A stretch of 64,000 nucleotides of DNA from Planctomycetota bacterium (GTDB taxonomy: Bacteria > Planctomycetota > JAFGQW01), in assembly GCA_016935485.1 (NCBI GenBank), contig JAFGQW010000084.1:1450-65449 (forward strand), written 5' to 3'. Below, piece after piece: positions 1 to 9,151 of this stretch (position 1 is the stretch's first letter; each line of letters opens with the position of its first letter). The position numbers were made by a program, and so were the translations under genes. The notes under the pieces were generated by a model. It made no database searches. It was not told the origin of the DNA and saw nothing but the letters and a program-made list of their open reading frames with translations.

Positions 1-130
1 CGGTCACGAGCGGCCCGCCGGCGCCGTCGAACACGTTGCCGCTCAGGTGGATCTGAGCCGGCGCGATCGGCGCCAAGCTGAACAGAACAAGCAGAACCGA
101 CACCGCTAGCCCGATTCGCGCGGTCGTCAT
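1..130 (-). CDS. 5' portion (N-terminus) of a secreted protein. A signal peptide (MTTARIGLAVSVLLVLFSLAPIAPAQ) is followed by IHLSGNVFDGAGGPL, which resembles a carboxypeptidase-regulatory-like (CarboxypepD_reg) beta-sandwich. The gene continues beyond the window start.
   Basis: Manual translation of the reverse complement of nt 1-130. ATG at 130-128 is preceded by GGGAGAC at -7. Hydrophobic h-region and AxA-like cleavage site. GxVxDxxGxPL motif. Confidence 0.55.
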   Translation of the reverse strand, partial: MTTARIGLAVSVLLVLFSLAPIAPAQIHLSGNVFDGAGGPLVT

Positions 131-321
131 CGGAGAGTCTCCCATCTTGCCGGCAAGGCAACCGCCTCGGATCGACGACCCGGGGCGACACAATCTCACA
201 GATTCACGGATGGTGCAGCAGGCAGACTATCCACGCGGGAGCGGGCGGTCAAGGGGCCGCCCGCGGAGCGCGCGGGCCTCCCGTCCCGGTCCGGGACGCG
301 GAGCGCGTGACGCGCGACTGC

Positions 322-1608
322 CTACCAGGCGAGCGCAATCTGCGCCGGGAACACGAGCCGCGCGTCGCCCCGGGCCGCAAGCGTCTCGAGTAGCGTGGCG
401 AGACGGCGCGCGACAGTAGCGCGGAAGATCTCCTTGCCGTCGCGCTCCACCACGACGGGCTGGTCGAGGTCCGCGAGCGCGTCGCTGAGCCGCAGCGTGA
501 GCCGGTTCGTCCCGGAAGCCCGCTCGATGCGAAAGAGGTTCTGGTCGCGCGAGACCACAATGTCCATCGCCCCGGAAGGGCGCTCCAGCGCGACGTAGTA
601 GAAGGTCCGGACGTGACCGCCCGTCGCGTCCACCGGCTTCCAGACGACTTTGCGGGGATACGGGTCGCGCGTGAACCGCGCGAGCCACCGCGGCGTGTTC
701 GCGTCCGAGATCCCGTGGCCCGCGCCCGGATGCTCCCGGTACTCGAAGAGGTAACCCTCGGGATCGGCGCGATGGAGCTCCTCGAGTCGCGCGCCGTACG
801 CGCGGGACAGCTCGTAGCGCCGGAAGGCATGGTCCGCGGTGCCGATCTGGAGGATCATCGGCGTGTTCCGCAGGTTCTCCGGATGCGCGCGGTCGACGTG
901 CTCGCCCCCCGCCGACGCGCCGACCGCCGCCCAGCGGTCGGCCATAGCCGGTCCCATGAGCAGCGCTCCCCAGCCCCCCATGGAGTAGCCGAGGACGTAG
1001 ACGCGATCGGGGTCCACGTCGCGCAGCAGGAAGCACTCGGCGAGCAGCCGGTCCACGAGCGGCCACATCTCCGGCACCGCCCAGCTCAACGCCACGTCCT
1101 GCGTGGCCCGCGGTGCGATCAAGCTGCCGGCGACGCTGTAGCGCCCCTTCGCCTGCTCCCAGGCCGAATCATTCACGGCCGGGTCGCTGCCGCCGCCGTG
1201 GAAGTTGAGGTAGAGCGGATAGCCGTTCGGACCGCGCTTCGTGCCGCGCCGGTAGTGGTACTTCATCGTCACGCCGGCAGCCGCGACCCGGAAGACCCCG
1301 CCCCGCTTGAAGTCCCGGAAGTCCGCCCCGTTCAGCCGCCTCGCCTCCGCGAGGAGCTGGCGCGCCATCGCCGTCTTGATCTGCGCAAGCCACCGCGTCG
1401 CATCCGTCGCCGACAGCGGGGGCACGGCGTCCAGGCGCCGCGCCAGCTCCGCGCGCGCCGGTGGTGCGGCGGCGAAGTAGTCCGCGATCCACTGGCGAAC
1501 CTCGGCCGCGGCGGGCGCCGCCGGCGTCTGTGCGCGCGCGCTGCCCCCCGCCGGCACGGCAAGCGCAACAGCGAGCAGCAAGACCCGCGGGCAAACCGGC
1601 GCCTCCAT
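322..1608 (-). CDS. Secreted alpha/beta-fold serine hydrolase (esterase/lipase or PHB-depolymerase-like).
   Basis: 428-aa ORF. N-terminal signal peptide (LLLAVALAVPAGGSARAQ). Nucleophile elbow GYSMGG (G-x-S-x-G). Downstream Asp/His candidates (ADH, GAGHG). Confidence 0.7.
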   Translation of the reverse strand: MEAPVCPRVLLLAVALAVPAGGSARAQTPAAPAAAEVRQWIADYFAAAPPARAELARRLDAVPPLSATDATRWLAQIKTAMARQLLAEARRLNGADFRDFKRGGVFRVAAAGVTMKYHYRRGTKRGPNGYPLYLNFHGGGSDPAVNDSAWEQAKGRYSVAGSLIAPRATQDVALSWAVPEMWPLVDRLLAECFLLRDVDPDRVYVLGYSMGGWGALLMGPAMADRWAAVGASAGGEHVDRAHPENLRNTPMILQIGTADHAFRRYELSRAYGARLEELHRADPEGYLFEYREHPGAGHGISDANTPRWLARFTRDPYPRKVVWKPVDATGGHVRTFYYVALERPSGAMDIVVSRDQNLFRIERASGTNRLTLRLSDALADLDQPVVVERDGKEIFRATVARRLATLLETLAARGDARLVFPAQIALAW

Positions 1609-1852
1609 GATGACCTCGATGAGTATTGCCTCCGGCGGCGGGCCGGCTTCCGCCCGAGTTCCGCACCGCCGGACGGGCCTTCCTCGGAAGTCCCGAACTT
1701 CTTCGCACAGCGAGAGGAAGCCCGCAAGCCGATTCGCCAGAACCGGTTACCGGGTGCGCTGTAAACCCAGTCGCGAAGCGCTGCCGGCGCGAGTGCCGCA
1801 GGCGGGATCCCCAAGCTCGGGAAGCGGGAAAACCGGCACCACAGAGTGTACC

Positions 1853-2473
1853 ATGGCTCGTTTGAGGCGGCCCGAAGGAGGGAGCAGGCCCTTGGCGACC
1901 CGGCCCCCGCCCGACCCCTGGCTCGACCACCGCCTGACGGCCGCCGCCCGCGGCGGCGATGCGGAGGCATTCGAGCAGCTCTACACCCGCTACCGCGACT
2001 GGGTGGTCTCGCTCGCCCTGCGGTACACCCGAAACCGGGACGACGCGCTCGACGTGCTCCAGGAGACCTTCCTCTACTTCCTGAGGAAGCTGCCGGAGTT
2101 CAGGCCCCGGGCCGAGCTGACCACGTTTCTCTACCCCGTGGTGAGAAACCTGGCGCTGACCCGCCGGCGCAAGCGCCGGCCCGAGCTGGCGGGCGAGGAG
2201 ATCCTGATCGAGGCGCCGGCGCCCGAGCCCGTCGACCACGATCACTCCCGCCGCGAGCTCGCCGCCGTCCTGCGGGGCCTCGCGGCCGGCCAGCACGAGG
2301 TGCTGCTGCTGCGCTTCGTGGACGGGCTCGCGCTCGAGGAGATCGCCGCCGCGCTCGCCATCCCGCTCGGCACGGTGAAATCGCGGCTCCACCACGCCCT
2401 TCGCACCCTGCGCGAGGACGCCCGGACCCGCGAGTACTTCGACCGCGATACCGGGAAAACCCGCGCCGAGTGA
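1853..2473 (+). CDS. ECF (sigma-70 family, group IV) RNA polymerase sigma factor.
   Basis: Internal Met of ORF 1607..2473. Region 2 motif (FEQLYTRYRDWVVSLALRYTRNRDDALDVLQETFLYFLRK). Region 4 HTH (LEEIAAALAIPLGTVKSRLHHAL). 206 aa. Confidence 0.85.
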   Translation: MARLRRPEGGSRPLATRPPPDPWLDHRLTAAARGGDAEAFEQLYTRYRDWVVSLALRYTRNRDDALDVLQETFLYFLRKLPEFRPRAELTTFLYPVVRNLALTRRRKRRPELAGEEILIEAPAPEPVDHDHSRRELAAVLRGLAAGQHEVLLLRFVDGLALEEIAAALAIPLGTVKSRLHHALRTLREDARTREYFDRDTGKTRAE

Positions 2474-2517
2474 ACCTTGCGCCCGGGCCCGGCGCTCCAC
2501 GAACCGGAGCATTCACC

Positions 2518-2973
2518 ATGACCCGACCCGAGAACGAGGGCTTCCCCGAACCCGAGCTGACCGCCCCGGCGCGGCTCGTGGAGGACCTCCGCCGCCTCCA
2601 CGACCGGACGATCCCGGTGCCCGCCGCCACGGACGCGGCCGTGCTCGGGCCGGCGCGCCGGGTGCTCGGCCGGCGCCGGACCGTGCACCGCGTGCGCTGG
2701 GTCGCCGCGGCCGCCGCCGCCATGCTGCTGCTGGCGCTGAGCCTTCCCGCCGTCCTGCGCCGGGCCGAGCGGCGGCCGGCCCCCGATCGGATCGCCTTCC
2801 GCGGCGACCTCGACGCGAGCGGGCGGATCGACATCCTGGACGCCTTCGTGCTCGCCCGCGGACTCCGCGCCGGCGCCGCGGCGGAAGAGCACTGGGATGT
2901 CACCGGCGACGGTCGCGTCGATGCCGAGGACGTGCACTGGATCGCCCGCCGCGCGGTGAGATTGGATCAGTAG
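2518..2973 (+). CDS. Putative membrane-anchored anti-sigma factor with a C-terminal dockerin-like (EF-hand-like Ca-binding) repeat pair.
   Basis: Starts 45 nt after the sigma-factor stop. Single TM segment (WVAAAAAAMLLLALSLPAVL). C-terminus carries two D-x-[DT]-x-[SD]-G-R-[IV]-D repeats (DLDASGRIDILDAF and DVTGDGRVDAEDV), typical of dockerin type I. 151 aa. Confidence 0.55.
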   Translation: MTRPENEGFPEPELTAPARLVEDLRRLHDRTIPVPAATDAAVLGPARRVLGRRRTVHRVRWVAAAAAAMLLLALSLPAVLRRAERRPAPDRIAFRGDLDASGRIDILDAFVLARGLRAGAAAEEHWDVTGDGRVDAEDVHWIARRAVRLDQ

Positions 2974-2974
2974 C

Positions 2975-3472
2975 ATGAACGGCCAACGTCTCCCCCTCGC
3001 CCGCCGGCACCTTCGACTGGCGACCGGTTTCGCCATCCTGCTTGCGGCGGCGCTGCTGACCTGGGCCGCCGGCGAGGCGCGGGCCATTCCGCAAGCGCCG
3101 ACCCCGTCGCTGTTCGAAGCGGTGGAGATCCACATCGATCCGGGCGGCCGGCCGCTCGCCGCCTTCCAGCTCGAGTTCGTCGACGAGGCCGGAACCGCGC
3201 GGATTGCAGGCATCGAGGGCGGCGAGCATCCCGCGTTCGCCAGGCCCGCCTACTACGACCCGGCGGCACTCGCGCGGAGCCGCGTCATCCTCGCGGCGTT
3301 CAGCACCGACGCCGACCTCCCGGCCGGCCGCACCCGCGTCGCCACGCTTCATCTGATCACGCGCCAGGGGGTGAGTCCCCGCTACCGGATCCATCTCGAG
3401 GTGGCTGCCGATCCCGAAGGACAGGATCTCCGCCCGGCGGCGGTCGTGGAATCGATTCGAAGAAAGGCTTGA
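2975..3472 (+). CDS. Small secreted protein of unknown function. Its size (~140-aa mature domain) is compatible with a cohesin-like beta-sandwich partner for the upstream dockerin.
   Basis: ATG 2 nt after the anti-sigma stop. Signal peptide (FAILLAAALLTWAAGEARA). No recognisable catalytic motif. Same operon as the sigma and anti-sigma genes. Confidence 0.5.
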   Translation: MNGQRLPLARRHLRLATGFAILLAAALLTWAAGEARAIPQAPTPSLFEAVEIHIDPGGRPLAAFQLEFVDEAGTARIAGIEGGEHPAFARPAYYDPAALARSRVILAAFSTDADLPAGRTRVATLHLITRQGVSPRYRIHLEVAADPEGQDLRPAAVVESIRRKA

Positions 3473-3474
3473 CG

Positions 3475-5541
3475 ATGCCCAGAACCTGGTTTCCCCGCCC
3501 CATGCTGGTCCTGGCCGCCCTCGGTCTGCTGGGTTCCTGCCATCCGGGGTCGAGCAGCCTCGACGCAAGAACACCGCCGCTCGGCCGCGCTGCCGGACTC
3601 GCCTTGCAACGGGCCTCCGCGCCGCCCGCGGGCTTCCTGCCGGCCGACGAGATCTGGGTGATCGAGCGCCCGGCGGCAGCTGCGGAGGGCGGCGAGGACG
3701 AAGGCCCCGGCACCGGCTCGCTCGTGGGCAGGCGCCCCGGGGAGACCACGACGGTGCCCGTGCCGCTCCGCCACACCGAGGCGTGCGCGAAGATCAGCGC
3801 CTGGCTGGCCACGGTCTCGGTCAAGCAGCGCTTCGAGAACCCCTTCGACAGGAAGATCGAGGCGGTCTACGTCTTCCCGCTCCCCCACGACGCCTCCGTC
3901 ACCGAGTTCCTGATGACGATCGGCGCCCGCCGGATCCGCGGCATCATCCGCGAACGCGAGGAAGCCCGCGAGATCTACCGGGCGGCGCGCCAGCAGGGCC
4001 ACGTCGCCGCCCTGCTGACGCAGACACGCCCCAACGTCTTCACCCAGTCCGTAGCCAACATCGAGCCCGGCCACGCGATCGACGTGGACATCACCTACTT
4101 CCACACGCTCGCTCTCGTCCGCGACACCTTCGAGTTCGTCTTCCCCATGGTGGTCGGCCCGCGCTTCAACCCTCCCGGCCATCCAGGCGGCATCGGGGCG
4201 GCCGCATACGGCGGCGGGCGCTCGAGCGGCCAGGCCACCGAGGTCACCTACCTCAAGCCGCACGAGCGAAGCGGCCACGACATCGCGCTCGCGGTGGAGC
4301 TCGACGCTGGCGTGCCACTCGAAGCAGTCTCCAGCCCGAGCCACGCCATCACCGTGACCCGCCCTTCGCCGGCGACGGCAACCGTGCAGCTCTGTCCCAA
4401 CGACCGCGTTCCCAACCGCGACTTCGTGCTGCACTACCGCGTGGCCGGGACCGCGATCAAGTCCGGCCTGCTCGCGCACCGTGACGAGCGGGGCGGCTTC
4501 TTCACCCTCGTGCTCCACCCGCCGGCCGACGGCGCCGCGCTCCACCGCCGGCCGGTCGAGATGATCTTCCTCGTGGACTGTTCGGGCAGCATGCAAGGCG
4601 CCCCGCTGGCGAAGGTCAAGACCGCGGTCGCGCGCGCCCTCCGGCGGCTCGAGCCCGGCGACGCCTACCAGATCGTCCGCTTCTCCGACACGGCCCAGGC
4701 GCTGCATGCAGACCTCCGGCCTGCCACCGCCACAAACATCGGCGAGAGCCTCGCCGACCTGGAGCAGCTCCAGGCCGGCGGCGGCACGATGATGGCGGAC
4801 GGCATCCGGGCGGCGCTCACCACCCGCCACGAACCCGACCGCCTCCGGGTCGTCTCGGTGATGACCGACGGCTACATCGGCAACGAGACCGAGGTGCTGG
4901 CGGTGATGCGCCGCCACCTCGGCCCGGCACGCATCTTCTCCTTCGGCGTCGGCTCCGCCGTCAACCGCTACCTCCTGGAGTCGCTGGCGCGGCTGGGGCG
5001 CGGCGCCGTGGCTTACGTCGGGCTCGACGAGAGCGCCGGCCGCGCCGTCGACCGCTTCTACGAGGAGGTATGCCGCCCGGCACTGACGGACGTGGCGATC
5101 GACTGGGCCGGGCTCGCCGTGAGCGAGCTCCAGCCGGCCGTGATCCCGGACCTCCTGGTGGGCCGACCGCTCCTCCTGACCGGCCGCTTCGAGGGCGAGC
5201 TGCCGCCGCGCATCCGGGTGCACGGCAAGACCGGCAGCGAGTCGACCTGGATCGACGTGCCCGCTGCCGATGGAAACGGCACCGCCCATCCCGCCCTGCC
5301 GCTGCTGTGGGCCCGCAGCAAGATCGGCGCACTCACGGACGCGGCGATCGTCGCCGGCGACCCCGGCGAGCTCGGGCCCGCCATCCGGCAGGTCGCGCTC
5401 GAGTTCGGGCTGCTTTCCGCGGAGACCGCCTTCGTCGCTGTCGATTCGCTCACGCGGACCGCAGGCGACCAGGGGATGACGCTGCAAGTGCCCGTGCCGG
5501 TGCCCGCCGGGGTACCCTACGACACGACCGTGCCGCAGTGA
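3475..5541 (+). CDS. Lipoprotein with an N-terminal VIT (vault/inter-alpha-trypsin) domain and a von Willebrand factor A domain.
   Basis: Start overlaps the previous stop (TTGACGATG). Lipobox LLGSC. VIT-like segment (VSVKQRFENPFDRKIEAVYVFPLPHDASVTEF...). vWA MIDAS motif DCSGSM (DxSxS) with downstream T and D residues. 688 aa. Confidence 0.85.
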   Translation: MPRTWFPRPMLVLAALGLLGSCHPGSSSLDARTPPLGRAAGLALQRASAPPAGFLPADEIWVIERPAAAAEGGEDEGPGTGSLVGRRPGETTTVPVPLRHTEACAKISAWLATVSVKQRFENPFDRKIEAVYVFPLPHDASVTEFLMTIGARRIRGIIREREEAREIYRAARQQGHVAALLTQTRPNVFTQSVANIEPGHAIDVDITYFHTLALVRDTFEFVFPMVVGPRFNPPGHPGGIGAAAYGGGRSSGQATEVTYLKPHERSGHDIALAVELDAGVPLEAVSSPSHAITVTRPSPATATVQLCPNDRVPNRDFVLHYRVAGTAIKSGLLAHRDERGGFFTLVLHPPADGAALHRRPVEMIFLVDCSGSMQGAPLAKVKTAVARALRRLEPGDAYQIVRFSDTAQALHADLRPATATNIGESLADLEQLQAGGGTMMADGIRAALTTRHEPDRLRVVSVMTDGYIGNETEVLAVMRRHLGPARIFSFGVGSAVNRYLLESLARLGRGAVAYVGLDESAGRAVDRFYEEVCRPALTDVAIDWAGLAVSELQPAVIPDLLVGRPLLLTGRFEGELPPRIRVHGKTGSESTWIDVPAADGNGTAHPALPLLWARSKIGALTDAAIVAGDPGELGPAIRQVALEFGLLSAETAFVAVDSLTRTAGDQGMTLQVPVPVPAGVPYDTTVPQ

Positions 5542-5629
5542 CGCCGAGCACCGGGGTTCGCGCCGCCCGGCCTCCCGGGGTAGACTGACGCCGTGTTCGC
5601 GCGCCCGTCCGGGCGCGCCGGAGACGGCC

Positions 5630-6700
5630 ATGCTCACGATCAACGGCTCGGCAGGCGAGGGCGGCGGGCAGATTCTGCGCACCTCGCTCGCGCTCGCGCT
5701 CGTCACCGGGACGCCGTTTTGCATCGAGCGGATCCGCGCCGCACGGCCCCGGCCCGGACTGCGGCCGCAGCATCTCACCGCCGTCGAAGCCGCCCGCGCC
5801 GTGAGCGAGGCCCACGTCGCAGGCGCCGTCCTGGGTTCCTGCAAGCTCCTCTTCGTTCCCGGCGCGGTCCGGCCGGGAAGCTACCGCTTCGACGTCGGCA
5901 CCGCGGGGAGCACCTCGCTCGTGCTGCAGACCGTCCTGCCGGCCCTGCTCATGGCCGGCGCCCCGAGCTCGCTCGTCCTCGAGGGCGGCACGCACAACCC
6001 TTTCGCGCCGCCGTTCCCGTTCCTCGAGCGGACCTTCCTGCCACTTCTCGGCCGGATGGGCATGCACGTCGAGACCCGCCTGGATCGCGCCGGCTTCTAC
6101 CCGGCCGGCGGCGGGCGGCTCGGCGTCTCGATCCGACCGGCGGCGCCCCTCGAGCCCCTCGAGCTCCTCGAGCGCGGCCCGATCCGGCGCCGGCGCGCGG
6201 TCGCGCTGGTCTCCCGCCTGCCGCGGAGCATCGCCCGGCGCGAGCTGGATCGCGTGCGCAAGACGCCTGGCTGGAACGAGTCCGCGCTTGAGATCGTCGA
6301 GGTCGCCGACAGCGCGGGGCCGGGCAACGTGCTCCTCCTCGAGGTCGAGAGCGCGGCGCTGACCGAGGTATTCTCCGGATTCGGGCAGCGCGGTATCCCC
6401 GCCGAGAAGGTGGCCGACGGCGTGATCCGGGAGGCGGCCGAGTACCTCGACGCCGGCGTCCCGGTCGGCCGGCACCTGGCCGATCAGCTCCTGATTCCGC
6501 TCGCCCTGGCCGGCGGCGGGGCCTTCCGGACGCTGCCTCTCTCCGACCACGCGACCACCAATATCGGCGTCGTGAAGCGCTTCCTCGCCGTCAACATCGC
6601 GGTGGGCGGCGCGCTGGGCGCGAGCCGGATCGACGTGCGCCTTGGGACGCCGAACGCGGGCGACCCGACGCGGGAACCTCCTTCTCGCGGAGCGACTTGA
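5630..6700 (+). CDS. rtcA: RNA 3'-terminal phosphate cyclase.
   Basis: N-terminal RtcA signature GSAGEGGGQILRTSLALA. 356 aa. Colinear with the RtcA fold along the whole ORF. Confidence 0.88.
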   Translation: MLTINGSAGEGGGQILRTSLALALVTGTPFCIERIRAARPRPGLRPQHLTAVEAARAVSEAHVAGAVLGSCKLLFVPGAVRPGSYRFDVGTAGSTSLVLQTVLPALLMAGAPSSLVLEGGTHNPFAPPFPFLERTFLPLLGRMGMHVETRLDRAGFYPAGGGRLGVSIRPAAPLEPLELLERGPIRRRRAVALVSRLPRSIARRELDRVRKTPGWNESALEIVEVADSAGPGNVLLLEVESAALTEVFSGFGQRGIPAEKVADGVIREAAEYLDAGVPVGRHLADQLLIPLALAGGGAFRTLPLSDHATTNIGVVKRFLAVNIAVGGALGASRIDVRLGTPNAGDPTREPPSRGAT

Positions 6701-6766
6701 CGCTACAATGGCGCCGCCGGAGGAGTCTCTCCGGCCCCATCCGCTGGCCGCCGAAACGGAGGACGC

Positions 6767-7228
6767 ATGAACATCGACATCCGCAAGATCATGGTCACCA
6801 CCGACTTCTCCGAGACTTCCTACGGAGCATTCCCGCTCGCCGCGCGGATCGCCGAGGGCTTCGACGCCAAGCTGTGCTGTGTCTACGTGCTGCGCTCGCC
6901 GGATCCGTTCTGGATCGGCAACCCGGCGATCGGACCCGTGCTGCCCACCCCGGCCGCACTCCGGGCCGAAGCGCTCGAGCACCTCGAGAAAGTCGTCGCG
7001 GACAAGTTCGGCGGCCTGAAGCGGAAAGCTCTTGCCGTGGTCATCAACGGTCAGAGCCACCTGGAGATCGTCGAGTACGCCCGTCAGAACGACATCGACA
7101 TGATCGTCATGGCCACGCACGGCCACACCGGGATCCAGGGCGTCCTGATCGGGAGCACCACGGAGCGGGTGGTGCGGTCGGCGCCCTGCCCGGTGCTCAC
7201 GGTGCGGGCGCCCGAAAAGGCGGACTGA
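6767..7228 (+). CDS. Universal stress protein (UspA family).
   Basis: 153 aa. The N-terminus (KIMVTTDFSETS) and C-terminus (MIVMATHGHTGIQGVLIGSTTERVVRSAPCPVLTV) match the Usp ATP-binding fold. RBS GGAGGA upstream. Confidence 0.85.
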   Translation: MNIDIRKIMVTTDFSETSYGAFPLAARIAEGFDAKLCCVYVLRSPDPFWIGNPAIGPVLPTPAALRAEALEHLEKVVADKFGGLKRKALAVVINGQSHLEIVEYARQNDIDMIVMATHGHTGIQGVLIGSTTERVVRSAPCPVLTVRAPEKAD

Positions 7229-7732
7229 ACGCCGGCGTAAGAGACCGGCGGAGCTGCTCTGCGACAGCGCGCGGAAGCGACGGGCGCCGGCGCGCGTGAA
7301 CGAGCGCCCCGGAGCAACGCAACACCATGTGGCCGTTCGGTGTAGGACACGGCGGCCGGGGTCCGAGGCCGCCCGGCGGGAGCGGCCGGTTGGACGATGC
7401 CGGCAACCTCCCCTGGAACTACGGTCGAGCGTGCCGGTGCGCCGATAGAAGGGCCGGTGCGAAGAAGGTGGTTGATTTTCCGGTCGTGCCGGGACAGAAT
7501 GCCCCGTAAAGGGTGGTCCCGGAACGAGCTTTGGCCTTCACCCCGCACCACGAGCCGGGCGGCAGCACCGAGATCTGCCCGCGAGCGCACGTCGCTCGCG
7601 CGCTGTGCTGATAGATGCGTTGGCGACCCGTCGCCGGTCCGACCCGCGGTCGGAGACGGGATGCGCACGGGGGGGAGCGGCTCCTCTCCCCGCGTCAGGC
7701 GGTGTGACGCAAGACGACAGGGCTCGAGTACC

Positions 7733-8221
7733 ATGAAGACGGGATTCAAGCAAATCCTCTTTCCCACCGATTTTTCCGAATCCGCAGCGCTCGCCGTGCC
7801 TCTCGCCCGCAAGATGGCGGAAGCCTTCGACGCCGAGATCACCTGCCTCCACGTCGCCGAGGACCCGATCCAGGAGTGGATCGGCTCCTGGAGCCTGGTT
7901 CCCGACAGCTCCGAGCCGGCGGCCGAGGGAGAGCCGGTGGCGTGCCGGACCGCCGCCTTGCACCAGCTGCGCACGTTCGTCGGCCAGCACTTCGCCGGTC
8001 TGAAGAAGAAGTGCCGGTTCGAGGTCGTGCGGGGCAAGCCCACCGAGGAGATCGTCCGCTATGCCCGCGAGCACGGCTTCGACCTCATCGTGATGGGCGG
8101 CCACGCCTACGGCGAGGTCGCGCCCGGTCTGCACGAGACCACCCCGGATCGCGTCATGCGCTCGAGCTCCACGCCGGTGCTGGCGGTCTCGGAGCCCGCG
8201 CCCGAATTCATCCGGCTCTGA
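7733..8221 (+). CDS. Universal stress protein (UspA family), paralogue of the previous gene.
   Basis: Internal Met of ORF 7397..8221. KQILFPTDFSESA and LIVMGGHAYGEV...STPVLAV. 162 aa. Confidence 0.8.
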   Translation: MKTGFKQILFPTDFSESAALAVPLARKMAEAFDAEITCLHVAEDPIQEWIGSWSLVPDSSEPAAEGEPVACRTAALHQLRTFVGQHFAGLKKKCRFEVVRGKPTEEIVRYAREHGFDLIVMGGHAYGEVAPGLHETTPDRVMRSSSTPVLAVSEPAPEFIRL

Positions 8222-8444
8222 GGGCCCGCGCGAGAGCCACGACCCGTTCTCGCGGATCCTCCCGCCGAGGTCCGCGCTGCCCGGAAGTCCGTGGCACCTC
8301 GCCGCAGGCGTCGCCGGCACGCCGGAGCGTTCGGCGTTGCCGGCACCGTGGATTCCACCCCGCCGGCCGCCGTTCCCATTCCATTCGGCGCGCCGTCGGG
8401 CATAATGGAGCGGCCGCCCCGGTCGCCCGTGAGAAGGAGTCGCC

Positions 8445-9149
8445 ATGACGGACCCGCTCGATCCCCCGATCAACGAGGAGCTGCTGCTGGAGGCGGCCCG
8501 CAAGGCCGTCGAAGCCGGCACGGACGTGCAGCGCGCCATCCGCGACCTCGCGCTGGAAGCCCTCGGCCAGGGCCGTCTCACGGCCGAGCGCACCAAGGCC
8601 GTGGTCCGCACCGTGGCCGAAGGCGCGGCCCGCGCGGCCGCGGCCGGAGGCGCCGAGCTCCGGGAGGAGCTCCTCAAGGCCATGGCGGGGCTCGAGGAGG
8701 CGCTCGGCATGACCGCCACCGCCACCCGGCTCGCGATCGAGGAGGCGGCCGCCAACCTGAAGGACTTCACCGCCTCGGACCTCAAGCGGGCGCTGGACGA
8801 CCTGCTGGCGCTCGAGCAGCTCTTCCTGGACTCGGTGGCCGAGGTCGGACGGAGCACGAAGAGCCGGGGAGCCGGCATCCTGCACGATCTGGCGGAGCAC
8901 GCCCGGAAGACCGGCACCGCCTTCGGCAGCCGGACGCGCGAGGCCTGCGAGGCCATCCGCAGGAAGCTCGGGCGCTCGGCCGCCACGGGCATGCGCGCCG
9001 GCAAGGAGACGGCGCTCGCCGTGAGCGCCCGGCTGGCGCGCAGCGCGAGCCAGATCCTGAGCGGGCTTGCGGACCGCCTCGAAGCCGAAACCCGGCAGGG
9101 CTCGGAAGAAGGGAACGCGCCGGCAGCGGGCGAGGCGGCGGACGCCTGA
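8445..9149 (+). CDS. Ala-rich, predicted all-alpha-helical hypothetical protein (phasin-like composition), translationally coupled to ubiB.
   Basis: 234-aa ORF with strong coding periodicity. No TM segments or catalytic motifs. Its stop lies 2 nt before the ubiB ATG. Confidence 0.5.
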   Translation: MTDPLDPPINEELLLEAARKAVEAGTDVQRAIRDLALEALGQGRLTAERTKAVVRTVAEGAARAAAAGGAELREELLKAMAGLEEALGMTATATRLAIEEAAANLKDFTASDLKRALDDLLALEQLFLDSVAEVGRSTKSRGAGILHDLAEHARKTGTAFGSRTREACEAIRRKLGRSAATGMRAGKETALAVSARLARSASQILSGLADRLEAETRQGSEEGNAPAAGEAADA

Positions 9150-9151
9150 AC

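Noticed and set aside
227-1066. Overlapping ORFs 227-1066, 249-830 and 613-1764 around the esterase gene.
   Set aside because: Alternative frames of the same region with Arg/Pro-rich nonsense translations. The esterase frame has a signal peptide and a GxSxG motif.
3382-5844. 820-aa ORF on the minus strand opposite the VIT-vWA gene. Similar giant antisense ORFs occur at 7538-10507, 13864-16125, 13911-16772, 18387-21386, 26873-30823, 32488-35067, 35560-37530, 43094-45010, 45821-48103 and 48198-50960.
   Set aside because: The products are Arg/Gly/Pro/Ala-rich, low-complexity and motif-free. They overlap well-supported genes on the other strand. Long stop-free antisense frames like these are expected at ~72% GC.
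7084-8043. 319-aa minus-strand ORF spanning the gap between the two usp genes.
   Set aside because: It overlaps the well-supported usp2 gene on the opposite strand. Its composition is low-complexity and it has no RBS. I treated 7229-7732 as non-coding, possibly regulatory.
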